From the NCBI GenBank assembly GCA_002189035.1, contig CM007990.1, forward strand, positions 5,456,001 to 5,520,000: a stretch of DNA of 64,000 nucleotides. The letters run 5' to 3'. This document shows positions 23,597-41,582 of this stretch, in pieces. The notes under the pieces are model-generated. The model had not been told where the DNA came from. It was given only the letters and a program-made list of their open reading frames with translations, and searched no databases. The position numbers and the translations under genes were made by a program. Source of the DNA: Utricularia gibba. Lineage: Eukaryota; Plantae; Magnoliophyta. Numbering within the stretch: the first letter of the stretch is position 1; each line of letters opens with the position of its first letter.

Positions 23597-24714
23597 GTGC
23601 ATTTTTATAAAATATTATTTGACATAAGTGTATTTATGTGTTTTAAATATAATGTAATTAGATATGAATATATTCAATTATATATATAACATTTGAATTT
23701 TGATATATGAGATCATAAATTTAAGTGTATAAGTGATATAAATATAATTAACTTCATCTTCAATTTGTGTATATCACTTAGAAGTCGTTTGATAGCAAGA
23801 TATTAGTATATTTAAGTATAGTGTAATTAAATAGATATATATTCAATTATAGATAACGTCTAATATACGAAAATAGAAATTTAAATATATAAACGATATA
23901 CATAAAAGTAATTACTTCCTTCATTTATATATATCACCCATATACTCAAAAAATGAGTATGTTAATGATATAGCTATATTAAGTTAGTATATGTATATTA
24001 ATCAATGAAACAATGATATATGTGTAAACTTAGGTATAGAACTTCTATATTCTCTTATTAAACAATTCTTTACATATTCAAAAAATAAGTATATAAATGA
24101 TATAATTATAAAAGATTAATATGCATATATTAGTTTATTAAAAAAATAATTATTATGTAAATTTGAATATAATTTTTTTATATTATAATCAAACATATTA
24201 TAATAATACTCGAACTAGAATAACCACATTGTGTCATACTATATTTACTTGTCTAGCTTCATTTTCATTAATTGATCCATGACGGCACCATTCCTCTAGG
24301 TGGTGAGCGTGGCGGCCACCTTCTCGCACTCCTTCGCGAGCGAACGGATCCTGGAAGTCCTCGCCGGGTCCTTGCTTGGCTCCGCATCAACCTGCTGGCG
24401 AGCATTGCGGAAAAACTGCAGAAGGCCGTCAAACTTTTCTAGTTCATCTTGAGCAGCACGCACCTCCTCCATGAAATCTCCGATTGCAAAGTATGAATGA
24501 TGACAAGTAGTTTTCTTTAATGTGCTGTATATTTATAGCTAAAATCATCTTTATGGCATGTTGTGTTCACCCAATATTATGTGGATATTAATGTAATATT
24601 ATTGACTTTTTTTCATCAATAATAATGTAATATATTTAAATAAATTATAATAATATGATTTCATGATTTTAAAATTATATTTTAAAATACAAATATTATC
24701 AAATTGTGACAAAA
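23277..24714. repeat. Copy 2 of the AT-rich duplication
   Basis: See copy 1; offset ~2.05 kb, with a ~590-bp unrelated spacer. Confidence 0.9.
24245..24472 (-). pseudogene. Paralog of the orphan ORF with a premature TAG
   Basis: MEEVRAAQDELEKFDGLLQFFRNARQQVDAEPSKDPARTSRIRSLAKECEKVAATLTT*RNGAVMDQLMKMKLDK*; CAG in copy 1 is TAG at 24296-24298; only one repeat unit (66-nt in-frame difference). Confidence 0.55.
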
Positions 24715-25356
24715 CGTCTACCAATGAAGGTCATGTCATTTGTTTGTGGGAAACTATGTTTTATTAGGCTGGGGCCCGAAATCAGTTTAGCTCAGGCCCA
24801 TTAGTTGCCGAGATATTTTTGGCCCAAAGTAGAAGATATAAATATTTTTGGACAGAGGCGCGGAAAGAAGGCAGTTCAATTTTACCTCGAAGCGACGGTT
24901 GTTGCGCGAAGAGAAATTGGACTGGGAGCAGTGTTGATCGGACATAGTTCTATAGTCCTTTCATTTGGTGTTTCCGTTCTGGTGTGGAGACGCGGAGGTA
25001 AATCTGCGCTATTTTTGAAGGATCAGGATTCGAGACTCTGTTGTTTTTCTGTTGTAAGCATGATGTTTCTCTGCTCGTTACGAGTTTTTCTTGCTTTTTT
25101 TTGTTAGTCCGCAGGTGGTTCGTGAAGCTGTAGTATGCATTCTCGTTACGAGTTTTTTTTCTTGCTTCTTAAATTCTCGGTTTCTTCTTTTGATCTTGTT
25201 TCTGTTGTAATCGTTGTTGCTCAATGAGTTTCTGTAGACTGTGAAAATTCTTGTGATAATAGAACGTTCGGATTCCTAATATTATGAACTGTCGATTGAA
25301 TTTGGCGTTGAATCTCATCTTTCTACCTAGTTTTTGAGCATAGAAACATCCGAAGG

Positions 25357-26641
25357 ATGAAGGCATTGATAATTCATGCTGGCGCCCACGGGGTGGACTT
25401 GTGCCTTCGACATTACTTTCTTCATTGCCGATGATCGAGTTTGCTAACAAGCCTCTGGTTTCACATCAGGTAATGCGTTTTCTAGGTTTTCATTTCATGT
25501 TTATCTCAGCTCAAATTTGATCGCACAACTAGATTGAAGCGCTGGAAGCCGTTGGAGTAACTGAGGTCATCATGTTGACGGATTCTCCAACAGATGTAAA
25601 TTATGTTAACGTTATCTCTCAAAATTTACATTATGTAGGATTAAGGAATAAGAGCTCTTCAATGTTTTTCCTTGCAGGAGATGTTGAAATACTTGGCAGG
25701 TATTGCGTCCGAGTATGGCATAAGGATCAAACCCATCCGTGCTAGCGAGCCTCTTGGAACTACTAAGCCCATTCTTTTAGCAAGAGACAAATTGATTGAC
25801 AGCACCGGTGATCCATTCTTTGTCCTATTTAGTGATACTCTCTGTGAATTCTCGATGCTAGAGATGATTGCTTTCCATAGGTCGCGTGGAGGAGAGAGCT
25901 CTGTAATGGTAACCACGGTGAGTGCCGACTCTACAAACCAAAGGATGATTCTCATAATATTAAGAAAGTAAAACCATTCTGTTGATACAGGTTGATACTC
26001 CAACACATGGGGTGCTATTGATCGAAGAGGGCACTGGACGTGTAATCAAGCAGGTGGATAACCCAAAGTCTAAGGATGGAAACACTGTCTCTGCAGGAAT
26101 TTACCTTCACAATCAATCGATTCTTAACCCTCGTCCTACATCCACCGGGAATGCTGCATCCCCTAGAACTGAAACAGAGAGTCACATGTATGCAATGGCG
26201 CTGCAAGGTTTCTGGGTAGACATCAATCGGCCAGTGAGCTACATCAGTGGACTGAAGAAGTATCTTGCTTCTTTGAAGTTAAAATCACCTTCTAAGTTGG
26301 CATCTGGAAGTCATATACGAGGAAATGTATTGGTGGATGAAAGTGCTGTGATTGGGGAGGGATGCGTGATCGGGCCCGATGTTGCAATCGGACCGAAATG
26401 TATCATAGCGCCCCGTACAGTCTTAGCTCGTTGTGCAGTCTTGGTTGGGAGTCGTATCAATTCCAACACACTGGTGAATGAGAGCATCATCGGGTACCGT
26501 TCTACAGTTGGCTGTTTTACTCGTATTTGGGGCTGGACAATTCTTGGAGCGAATAGTCATGTGGGTGACGGATTGCTCATTTGTGGAGCTGCAGTGTGGG
26601 CTGGCGGGAAGATCGACCATAATCAGGTGCTGTCTGCTTGA
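25357..26641 (+). CDS. Highly divergent mannose-1-phosphate guanylyltransferase (VTC1/CYT1-like), 4 exons; apparent 1-nt frameshift in G4 at 25390-25393
   Basis: MKALII start; IEFANKPLVSHQ|IEALEAVGVTEV; EPLGT; DPFFVLFSD; AGIY; GFWVDI; beta-helix GNVLVDESAVIGEGCVIGPDVAIGP. Intron positions match VTC1 as I recall them. Confidence 0.85.
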
Positions 26642-27252
26642 ATTTGAGTCCACTTGCTATAGCTGCATTTGGGATCTGAGTTGAAGGATAATAACGTCTA
26701 CTTCTGATACGAGTCTATCTCATGTTGGATTTCGATTACGAATTTTACTTTCGTTTTGACTCCCAGGTTTTACCCTGTCGGAAGAAATAAGAAAGCTTGT
26801 TAATTCGCATGCAAATATAGCTTGGTTGATATTCATTCTATCTTGAATATGAACGCAAGTTCATCTTAACTTTACATTTCGTGTCAGAAATGAGAAGAAT
26901 AACCGAGATGTTCATGTTAGAAACGAGAAGAACCAAAAGGATGGGAGTTTTTACACACGACGACACAGGATAGCTGCAACCATGGAAGAATTTTACTTGG
27001 CCGTGAACGCACAAATTGCACGTTTGCCCGTCTTATCAGCATTGGCGAGTGAGTTTCACCATCCAATGCTAGTTTGCATATTACGATATCGATCATGATG
27101 ACATCCATGAAAACGCACTAATGTCTTATTATTATTAGGAGAGGCAAGCAAACAGGAAAGAGGATCCATCAAAAGGCAGAAATTCAAAAGTGTTGCCAAT
27201 CACAAAGACACATTACAATCTGGAGCTCCACATCCTGATTGATGCCTGCAGA

Positions 27253-28892
27253 TTATGCTTCAGCAAAGCTGCAGTTTTGGTAGCAGGGATATGTGAGCGA
27301 AGGCTTCCAAAACAAAGGAAATTAAGCTTAAACTTACCCTAGCTCAGACAGCTTTAGGTGAGCCTCAGCATAGTCTTCAAAGAAAGCATTCTCATCCTAC
27401 CACAAAACAGACTCGTTAGAATGCCATTAGCAAATACAAAGTTCTCGGATTCATTGATAAGATCTTCAAACCTCAGCATATTTCTTAACAATTGGAGAGA
27501 AGATTGGGTCACTGAGAAGGGCCTTATCTGAGGGCAACTGCAAAAGGCCGTCTTTCTCACCATTCACCAGCTCCCTAATTCAATAACATCAAAGGTAAAC
27601 ATTTCCCACCATAACATTCTAAGCTAAAATGGAAACGAGTTTCAGCAAGCCGTACTTGAAGTAAGAGTTGTCAAAGATGAGAGGGTTCTCAGTCCACGGC
27701 CCCTCAAATCCAGACCGTTCCTTGTGGCATCTTCCCTAGAATGCAAATCCCCACTTGATGAAAGCATCCCAAGTACACCAGAAACCAGTGCGATGTAAGA
27801 ATACATACCAGAGTATGACCACCGGAGAGAGCGACAATGTCCTTGTCAGACAGGCCCATTTGAGAGATAAAAACATTTCTCAGGTGATCAGAGCCTGACA
27901 ATAGAAGAAAAGCGTTTTTAGAGTGATTAAATGGTATTCCCATTAAAGTCATCTCCTTCATTCTAGTTTCTAATCCAATGTGCACAATGACGCTTACCCT
28001 GGGTAGCATCAGGAAGGCGACCTTCGACAGGTGGCTCGGTCTTGTCCTGAGATTTAAAATATGTCTTACTGAATGCTCAAACCAATAAAACCATCACAGA
28101 ATAAAACTTGAATTTTCAACAAGTATAACGATTCATCACAAGAAACAATAGGTTATGCATATACGGAAAAATATTCAACTTACCTCTCTGCCGGGGTGAA
28201 ATGGGACTTCTGGTCCTCCGGTGACTTCAACAGCAACGACTCCAGCCAACTAAATCGAAACAAATCAGTAAACAGGGAGGATTTGCAAATAACACGCATA
28301 CTGGAATAGCTCATGAATTACCTGATAGAAATCAGCAAAAGAGAGGATGGAGTACTGATCCTTGATAGGCTGCAACAGTCTGACAGCAATATCAAGACCA
28401 TTGTTGGCAGCATGGCTTAGCTCAGCCGGGTACCGGATTGTCCCAAAAGGACCTCCAGTCTTGGAGGAATGGTCAAATGTGCCAGCGGAATGCCACCTAC
28501 ATTCAAGACAAGTAGGCATCGCTTATCATTTGCCTACGAGATTAAGCACTTCCAAATCCCTACTATTTCAACCTATCAAGACAAGTTTAATCCAAGAAAT
28601 AAGCAAGAAAAACGGGTCCGAATCTTCTCTGATGTATCATGAAAACTACAGTCAACTATTTCCTCTATACTGATAAGCATAAACCTTTCATTGCGAATAC
28701 GTGCGTGGAATGCTATTCACTAAAACGTCACACATTCACCTCAACCCGAAAAAAAACACACACACACACTTACGCAAGACGGAGGATAAGCGGAGCGCAG
28801 TTCTTCGCCGATATGAGTCCCCTCAGCTTCCTTTTGGATCCCTGGACAGCCAGGAGGTACTCCTCACTCACAGCCGGGTAGCTTTTCACCAT
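27253..28892 (-). CDS. APX: Cytosolic L-ascorbate peroxidase
   Basis: [12 protein letters not shown]...[19 protein letters not shown]; [20 protein letters not shown]; C-terminal LSELGFAEA*; distal and proximal His and ascorbate-binding K/C/R present. Confidence 0.96.
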
Positions 28893-30004
28893 TTTCGCCG
28901 ATTCTTATCTACCACAACACAGAAAACGCTTCAAAACTCAAGATCTACAAACTAAGAAAAAAAAGAAAACCCTCGGAATCCAGACCTGAAGCTCCAGCAG
29001 AGAAGCGCGTGGTGAAAGAACTCCCCCACTGCATAAATACAGAAGAGGCTCATTGGAGAAAGAGAACCTTCGAGACGCCGACTTCTGACCGTCAGATCTC
29101 GATGATCCTAGAGCATCCAACGGCTGAGGCGTTCTGGTAGGTGAGAAAGCAGAATGCGCGCTCATTGACGCACATGCATTGACTATAATACCCTCGACCC
29201 CCCAAGCGAAACCGATTTGCCGCGTATGGGCTTTATGGGAAATGCAAAAAACATAGTGTGAACGCGCTGAATGGTCCGGAGATTCCTTCCCATTTCAGCC
29301 AATGGGCTCTCGAGCCATCATCACCTCTTTAATTAATTTAAATAAAATTCAATTATTGGAAAATTTAGAATAAAAATCTCCCATCACTCTCCATAATGTG
29401 CGTTACATTACAAACATAATAATTTGCGCTCAAGTCCCTAGCCACTGGACATATTTCACTATCGACCCATTTTCATCTTCAAAATGGTATAAAATGGCAC
29501 CATTCAACCAACTTTGCCTTATGATCATAAAATTGGTTTTTTAAAAAAAATTGAAATTTTGATAAATGGTATTTGAATAAAATAAATTGTTCCAAATAGA
29601 TTCTATGTATGTCAATAGGTTATGGGGCATGATTACAAAAGCGTAAAGATGGGAATAAATGTAATTACGAATGTTTATGATCATAAAAAAAGATATAATT
29701 TATGAGTTATCAATATTTACGAACGAGGGAGTAACTGTATAAATATATGTTATTTCAATTTGGTAATTAAATATAGATATTTATTTTTATAAATATTTAT
29801 TGATAAACAATTAAATGGATAATCGGATGGGCCCAATGATGGAAATGGGCCTTTGATAAGAAATGGGTTCTTATTGGGTATGAGTTGATGGGCCCTTTGG
29901 TATTTCGGGTTTTACTATTTTAAAATCATGTGTCAAATGTAAAGGCTTCTGCTGCTACATCCATCCGCCTGAATATCTCTGATCCACGTATCCATCTCTG
30001 CAAG

Positions 30005-35479
<5,475 letters not shown>

Positions 35480-35949
35480 GAGGCCAGCCCTTCCTGTTGT
35501 GCCCATTTGCTACTGCTGCAAGTTTTGGTGCTGAGTGGCGTTTTTCTGTTTGTTTGAACTAAAACAGAGCTGGCTTAAGCTTCTGATTGTGTCAGTCCTT
35601 AACGATAGATTTGTCGCAAGATGATCCTCTGCATGTTTATATGAGTTTATACAATGCGAATTCAAACTACAGCAGTTCAATGTAGTAAATCCCAATGTTG
35701 TACTTCAATAGTGACATTTCAAATTCGCAGCTTCAGTCTCATCATGGACTCTCAAATCATATAGCAGTGGAAAGTGAAGTTGTTGAAAACAACTTTTCAA
35801 GTCCTTCATGTAGAAACACTACCAAAGTTGTAGCTACTACCTGAAATTTAGATGCACCAAATGATCAAAACATTCTCATGCTGGAACTCGAAAAGACAAA
35901 GAATCTTGACTCGAATCAAGATCGAGGAGTTTGCATTGACGCTTGGGGA

Positions 35950-37081
35950 TCAAGCCTGAACAAACTTCTGAAGATTCTTCAGCCACGTTAGATACTCTCT
36001 ATCTTCCTTTTCTAGCATGTATTCATACAAGAAGTTGGTAGTGTTGGTCGTGATCCCTCTGGTTTCCAGATATTTTTGAAATGCCTTCTGTAAGTTCTCA
36101 TCGAGATCCCTGTGAAAGAAAGAAAGAAAGAGTGATATCATGGTAGCTGAGTGGCCATTTCCAGAATCACAAATGTTCTGTAAAGCTTACCCAAACTCAG
36201 GTCCTTCGTATGCGATTTGATCTTCAGCGTTTTCAGGATCCTTAAAAGATAGGCTTTCGATTGCTATATCATCTGCATATGCGGTACACCCAAATTCTAG
36301 AACAGGTTTCTTGCCCTTGGCAACCCTGACCACTAAAGGTAAGCTAGAAGAATTTGATGTTTCTGTTTCATCATCATCTTCCTCTTCATCCTCGCGCTTG
36401 TCATCCTCTTCACCAGTAACCAAGTCAGGCATGTGAACTTCAACAGTTATGTCTTCTCCTTGATAATGTCTCTGAAGTGTTACTATTCGTTGCCCTGGTT
36501 GGTCTTCAATTTTGAAGGGAAAGTCTGGTGGCGTATCCCCAGCCTGCAGCAAAATCACAAAAGAGTAAATTTTAGCGTAATAGATGCTTCCTGAACCACA
36601 TCACTTGATTTATTGAGCCAGATATGCAGCATTAGCACTAACACACAAACTAAGCAACTTGTTCAAATCAGTCACAGCATTAAAGCACAATTCAAACTCC
36701 GACGCATTCACCAAGCAGCTTCTATCATCTCATCCAAACCCAACAATTGCTGAACACAACAAACGAGAAAGAACTCCTTTTTTCACGAAAACAAATAAAT
36801 CGATGAAAAACCTCTTCCTCTCGGGACTCCAGAGCACATTTGATCTCGGACTCGACCACTTTTAAGAGCGCTTCATCCGACTTCGCTTTGGTCGAGTACC
36901 TGAACAGAGATCCTGGCAATGGCCTCCCCAACACAATCCCCAACGATCTTCCAACGGCAGGCATCGGCGATGAGCATACATGTCTATAGTAGTGAAGGCA
37001 CCTTTGACTCCCGGCGGCAGTCCGAATGGCGACAGGTAAAACTCTCGAAGCTGCCCTGCGGAGTACGCTGCTGAAAGCCAT
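35950..37081 (-). CDS. Mitochondrial glycoprotein family (MAM33/C1QBP-like), 3 exons
   Basis: Presequence MAFSSVLRRAASR; KSDEALLKVVESEIKCALE; PFKIEDQPGQRIVTLQR; AYEGPEF; DLDENLQKAFQKYLETRGI...YLTWLKNL. Confidence 0.9.
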
Positions 37082-37167
37082 CGTTGGGAGGAGCGAACAG
37101 AGCAAGGGTTCAAGGTAGGGTTTTACTGAACACGTCCAATGGGCTCCCTCATACCATTTAATACATA

Positions 37168-37227
37168 ATATATATATATATATATATAGGGTTTATAAAC
37201 GATAACGATTTTCATTCAAATTATTAT
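37168..37227. repeat. (TA)n and (ATT)n microsatellites upstream of MAM33
   Basis: TATATA tract followed by an ATTATT tract. Confidence 0.85.
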
Positions 37228-37754
37228 TATTATTATTATTATTATTAATTGTATAAATAGGGATTTTTAATTTATGGTCTAAATATATTCGTTTTAATTT
37301 CCGATTTTTCAAAATAATGTAATAAAAAGCAAATAATGGACAAACCGAGCCCCTAGTTGCCACTAGGCAAAGTTGATTCAGAGAGTTCTTGGAACCAATA
37401 ACAAGATGCCACATGGATGCACCTGAAGACAGTTCCCGACATGGCAAAGCAACCAGACACTGGTCTTTGAGCGCACGGCGCGTTCCCGACACGCGCCGCC
37501 TACATCGGAGCTGCTGCTGCTGCTGCTGCATGCCGGAAACCTGCGGGATGCATCACTGGAGGAGAAGAACGGTGCGGAATGTACAAATACAAAGCAACAG
37601 GAGGGCTGTTGAGCGTTATTCTATATCAGCAGCAATCTTGGCTACCAAGGTGAAGCTCAGAAGCCAAGAGAAGGGTCTCAGAAGATGGAGCGAGCGTATC
37701 ATGGAAAAGGTTGGGCCAACCTTCGTGTATATTACAGAGTAGTGATCAGCAGTG

Positions 37755-39566
37755 TCACATTTTGGTGGACATCAAGACCTTTGTTTTCCGCTCCGCCGGC
37801 TTCAGGATCTGAAACGAGCACATCAAGTTTTCGTCTACGCTCATCATGGCGCCGGCATTGTCGAATTCGCCGCAGTAGTTCGGGGCTGAAAAGATCGTCA
37901 CCAGCTGCCTATCCGCGAAGAATTCATACCCATCTTCCACAACCTGACAAGGGAGGGAGGGAGGGAGCTCAGAAGCATGGAACCAAACAGGATTGATTTG
38001 TTTAAACAGAAGACAGGTGAATGTAGTAACCTGATGAGCTCTGCAAACAAGATCCAAATCATGCTTCGCCAAGAACTCCGACACCTTATCAGCACCGAAG
38101 GTGAAGGACACTCCCCTGTCATTCATTCCCCATCCTTTAACATCCTTACCAGGATCTGACCAGAGTAAATCACAGAGCAAACCGGTGTCGGGGATCGCCG
38201 TGGGGCGGGGCAAGTTTCTGATCTGATCCAGGTTGTTCAGCTCGGGAGAAAGGCCACCGTGCATGCATAATATCTTGTCATCTATAAGTGCAGCAACAGG
38301 GAGGCAGTTAAAGCAATCGGTGAAGGATTTCCATAGTTTCACATTGAAGCGACGCTTGCATTCATCGTAGAAGCCATATATCCTGTTAATGGAGGCGCAT
38401 TCATGGTTGCCCCTGAGAAGGAAGAAGTTCTCTGGATACTTGATTTTATAAGCAAGTAAAAGGCATATTGTCTCCAAGCTCTGTTTCCCACGATCAACAT
38501 AATCCCCTAAGAATAGGTAATTCGACTTGGGAGGGAATCCCCATACTCAAAAAGCCTCAAGAGGTCACTGTACTGTCCATGAATGTCACCTGCAACAATT
38601 TTGAACACCGCAAGTCCATAATCTGTGTAGCGTGGAAGAGAGCAAGAAAAACAAAAATCTGGGCCAATGATCCTTCCCATTATCAGGACAAGGAGGCAAT
38701 GCGGCCTCTGGTTCTGAATCAGATCAAGCCGAACAAGCAAGCAGTAACAATTTCACGAGATTGCTACAAAATAGATACGCATTCACTTTTCCAAGCCGTA
38801 TGATAGATACACCTCTATGAAGCTTAATGCAAAGCCAGGTTTTGATAAAACCAACGTGGATATTCGGTAATATAAATGAAGCAAGAACATGAAGAGTTCA
38901 CAGAGAGTGATACAAAGCACACAAAAAGGCAGAAGTAGAAGCATTCAACATAAGAACAGAGTTTTCATGATCACATTGTCATTTCTTATCTCCATATTCG
39001 ACATAATCAGGCTACAGAAACTGAGAATTGTGAAACACAAGTCATGGAAACCGCAGTTACGTGGAAACCGCAGTTACGTTTCCCTAACACGAACAAGTGT
39101 ATGGGGAAAAGAAGCCCCGAAAAACAAAGATACGTACAGCGAAACAAGAGAAATGGAAACACAACTAACATGGGAAACCCTCAGACTGCTTTCTGACCAA
39201 GAAAGGGAAGAACAAGCCATAAAGAGAGTCCCCGATGAACCGAACATACGAAACCCGAAAAAGAGAAAGGATCTTTCAGAATCAAATCCCATGAATGAAA
39301 ACTCGTCGATATTCTTTCTCAGAAGGAAAAGATAGGAACTTTATGCACATAAACACAAACCTACAGATTGGACGAAAAAAAAACTTACCACAAATCTTGA
39401 TGGGAGCTTGGAGCTCGAGGAGATTTGGCTGACTCGCAAAAATCTCACGCGATGCAACACACAGTTGTTTTATCTCAGATTCGGCAAGCGGTACCAATTT
39501 CCCCGGCTTAGAGGATCGGACTTCCACAAGTTTCTCAATAATTCTATCCAGCAACGCAGAGTCCAT
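37755..39566 (-). CDS. TOPP: Serine/threonine protein phosphatase PP1 (TOPP); apparent 1-nt frameshift at 38539-38542
   Basis: [13 protein letters not shown]...APIKICG|[16 protein letters not shown]; GDYVDRG; LRGNHE; DLLWSDP; [13 protein letters not shown]; [11 protein letters not shown]. Confidence 0.95.
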
Positions 39567-41582
39567 AATTTGCCCGCTGCCCTCAAAATCCTTCCCCTTT
39601 TCTCCTCTCCCTACAACAACAAATCAGTGCATCGAAGTAAATTTTTGTTTATGGGGGTGGGGGTCTTCAAGACTGAATTTTTTCTAGGGTAATTACTTCG
39701 CCACTTCCCCTAAATCGAGTTACTGAGATGGGATCTGTTTATTTTGGCCCTTTTATAATATTTTACCAGTAAAATCACAGTCTTTGGATAGTGGGAGAAG
39801 ACTGCGCTCCCAAATCATTGACTTAAAACCTAGATTAGGCTTCCGAATATGATGTAATGGCTGTTTTTACTCCTCCGTCGCTATGCGGAGGCATTTGCTG
39901 TCAGGAGCATCAGCTTCATGTCGTTGCCTCTGCATACCTTTGGTCCACCACTGACCTTCATCGATTATTAGTTACAGGTTTGCTTATCTTTGCGCCTGCA
40001 ATCTTTTCGACACAAGAATACAGACGAACAGAACCTGCAAATCCATTTCATGATAGGGTTCATATGTCGAATCGCTTAGGATTATTTACACACACACTAT
40101 TCTTCATGCAAATATTCTGACGTCTGTAAGGCATTTACGCAGATTATCCTCGTGCGAATATGAATCTAAGCGTTTCTTAATTCTGGACCGGAAAAAAATG
40201 TGCTTAGCATTTCGGTGCTGCGGTGTTCATCACAACTGTAAATAGAGCCGGCAACTGGTGATGGAGAAGCTCAACTTTTGTTATGGCAGGTTTTTTTGTT
40301 TTGTAAATTGGATACTCTTCACAGATTTGAATTCGTTATGTTCATTACTATGGTGTTTGAAGACATGAAGGGAAGCGTGTTTGATGAGAGGCTTGTGGAT
40401 GAAAGATTTCAGAAGACAGGCAGAGATTTAATACCAGAATTTTTGATGGCTAAAATTTAATGGGCCATGGAGAGTATCAACTTTGGCTGGCTCCAGATGA
40501 AAAGGTGTCGTCTTGTGGCTATTCTCATTCATTGAGTAGATGAAAGAATCTTGAACAAGTTCTCAAATTCAAAACCAAGTTCCTTTCCTGTACCCCACGT
40601 GGGAGTGAGAAGCTCCTTTAACCCTTTTTTGAATGGGAAATCTTTTGAATTTTATTTCGAAAATGCCAGAGTAATATCACACACCACGCCCATGCATGAT
40701 GTCTCTTTCGGAATCCCGCAAGGAGAATTTGAAATGTCCTTGCACATATATACTAAGGATTATGCTGTCTTGTTTGAGGGTGGAACTTGGAATTTGCTTC
40801 TCATTCGAGTTTTGGGTAGCCGTTGAAACCGAAGACTCGTCTTTCTATCTACCTTCCTTTTTTCCTTCTCTTCTTGTTTTCCACCTCAATCTTTGTCACT
40901 AGATTCTATTCCATACGCTTTCCTCATTTCTTTCCCCAAGCTAAGAATCTCATATTCCTTCTTTCTTTCTCACCCCCTCTTCTTTCTCTTGGAAACATGG
41001 CTTTATCAAGGATGCTATTCCCCTTTTGTGACCTCCCTCCATTTTCATTTCTTCTAGTCCTTTTCAGTTTTCACGGTTTCAGACTTTTCCTTTTCGCTTC
41101 ACGACACCCTTCGCCTGTATTTAAGTTCGTGTCCCTCTCGGCCTTATGTCTTCTTCTTCAAATATCAGTCATTTCTCACAGGCCTGCATTCACGGTATGC
41201 TTATCTTGTAGCCTTGTGTTCATCTCAAAATCTGTGTTTCTTAGTTTTGGAGGTACCCAATTCGTAGTTTTGGTTGTATCTGCATTAGACTGGGTAAAGA
41301 TTTTCTCTTTTAGAAGATTTTTCCCAGTAATCTTCCTGGTTCTTCTATCTGTGCAAAAATATCTTCTTTCCCTTTTTGAAGCCCGTGCGGTTGATGGGCC
41401 ATAGAATCTGTACTGCTTTCTTCATTTGTTAGTTATGCATAAAGCTCGTTTATGTTCTAAACTTGTACATCCCTTTATTGCTTCAGTCGATACACTTAAT
41501 CGACTACACCTCCAACAAGTGCTTGAATGATGCATTAGCAGGTTATGCTCTTTCTTCTCAATCAAAGAAGAAAGCTAGATTC

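Noticed and set aside
22110-24225. Helitron as carrier of the duplicated cassette (CTAG in both copies)
   Set aside because: No GC-rich subterminal hairpin or defined 5' TC end seen.
38539-38542. PP1, RopGEF, UGT and glucanase as true pseudogenes
   Set aside because: All lesions are single-base homopolymer shortfalls in otherwise conserved proteins; an assembly error is more parsimonious.
39850-40300. snoRNA-like ATGATG/CTGA boxes and a small hairpin
   Set aside because: No clear terminal stem or guide complementarity identifiable by eye.
40823-41404. 193-aa hydrophobic ORF
   Set aside because: TTG start and F/L/S-rich because of pyrimidine-rich UTR/intron sequence upstream of DAR2.
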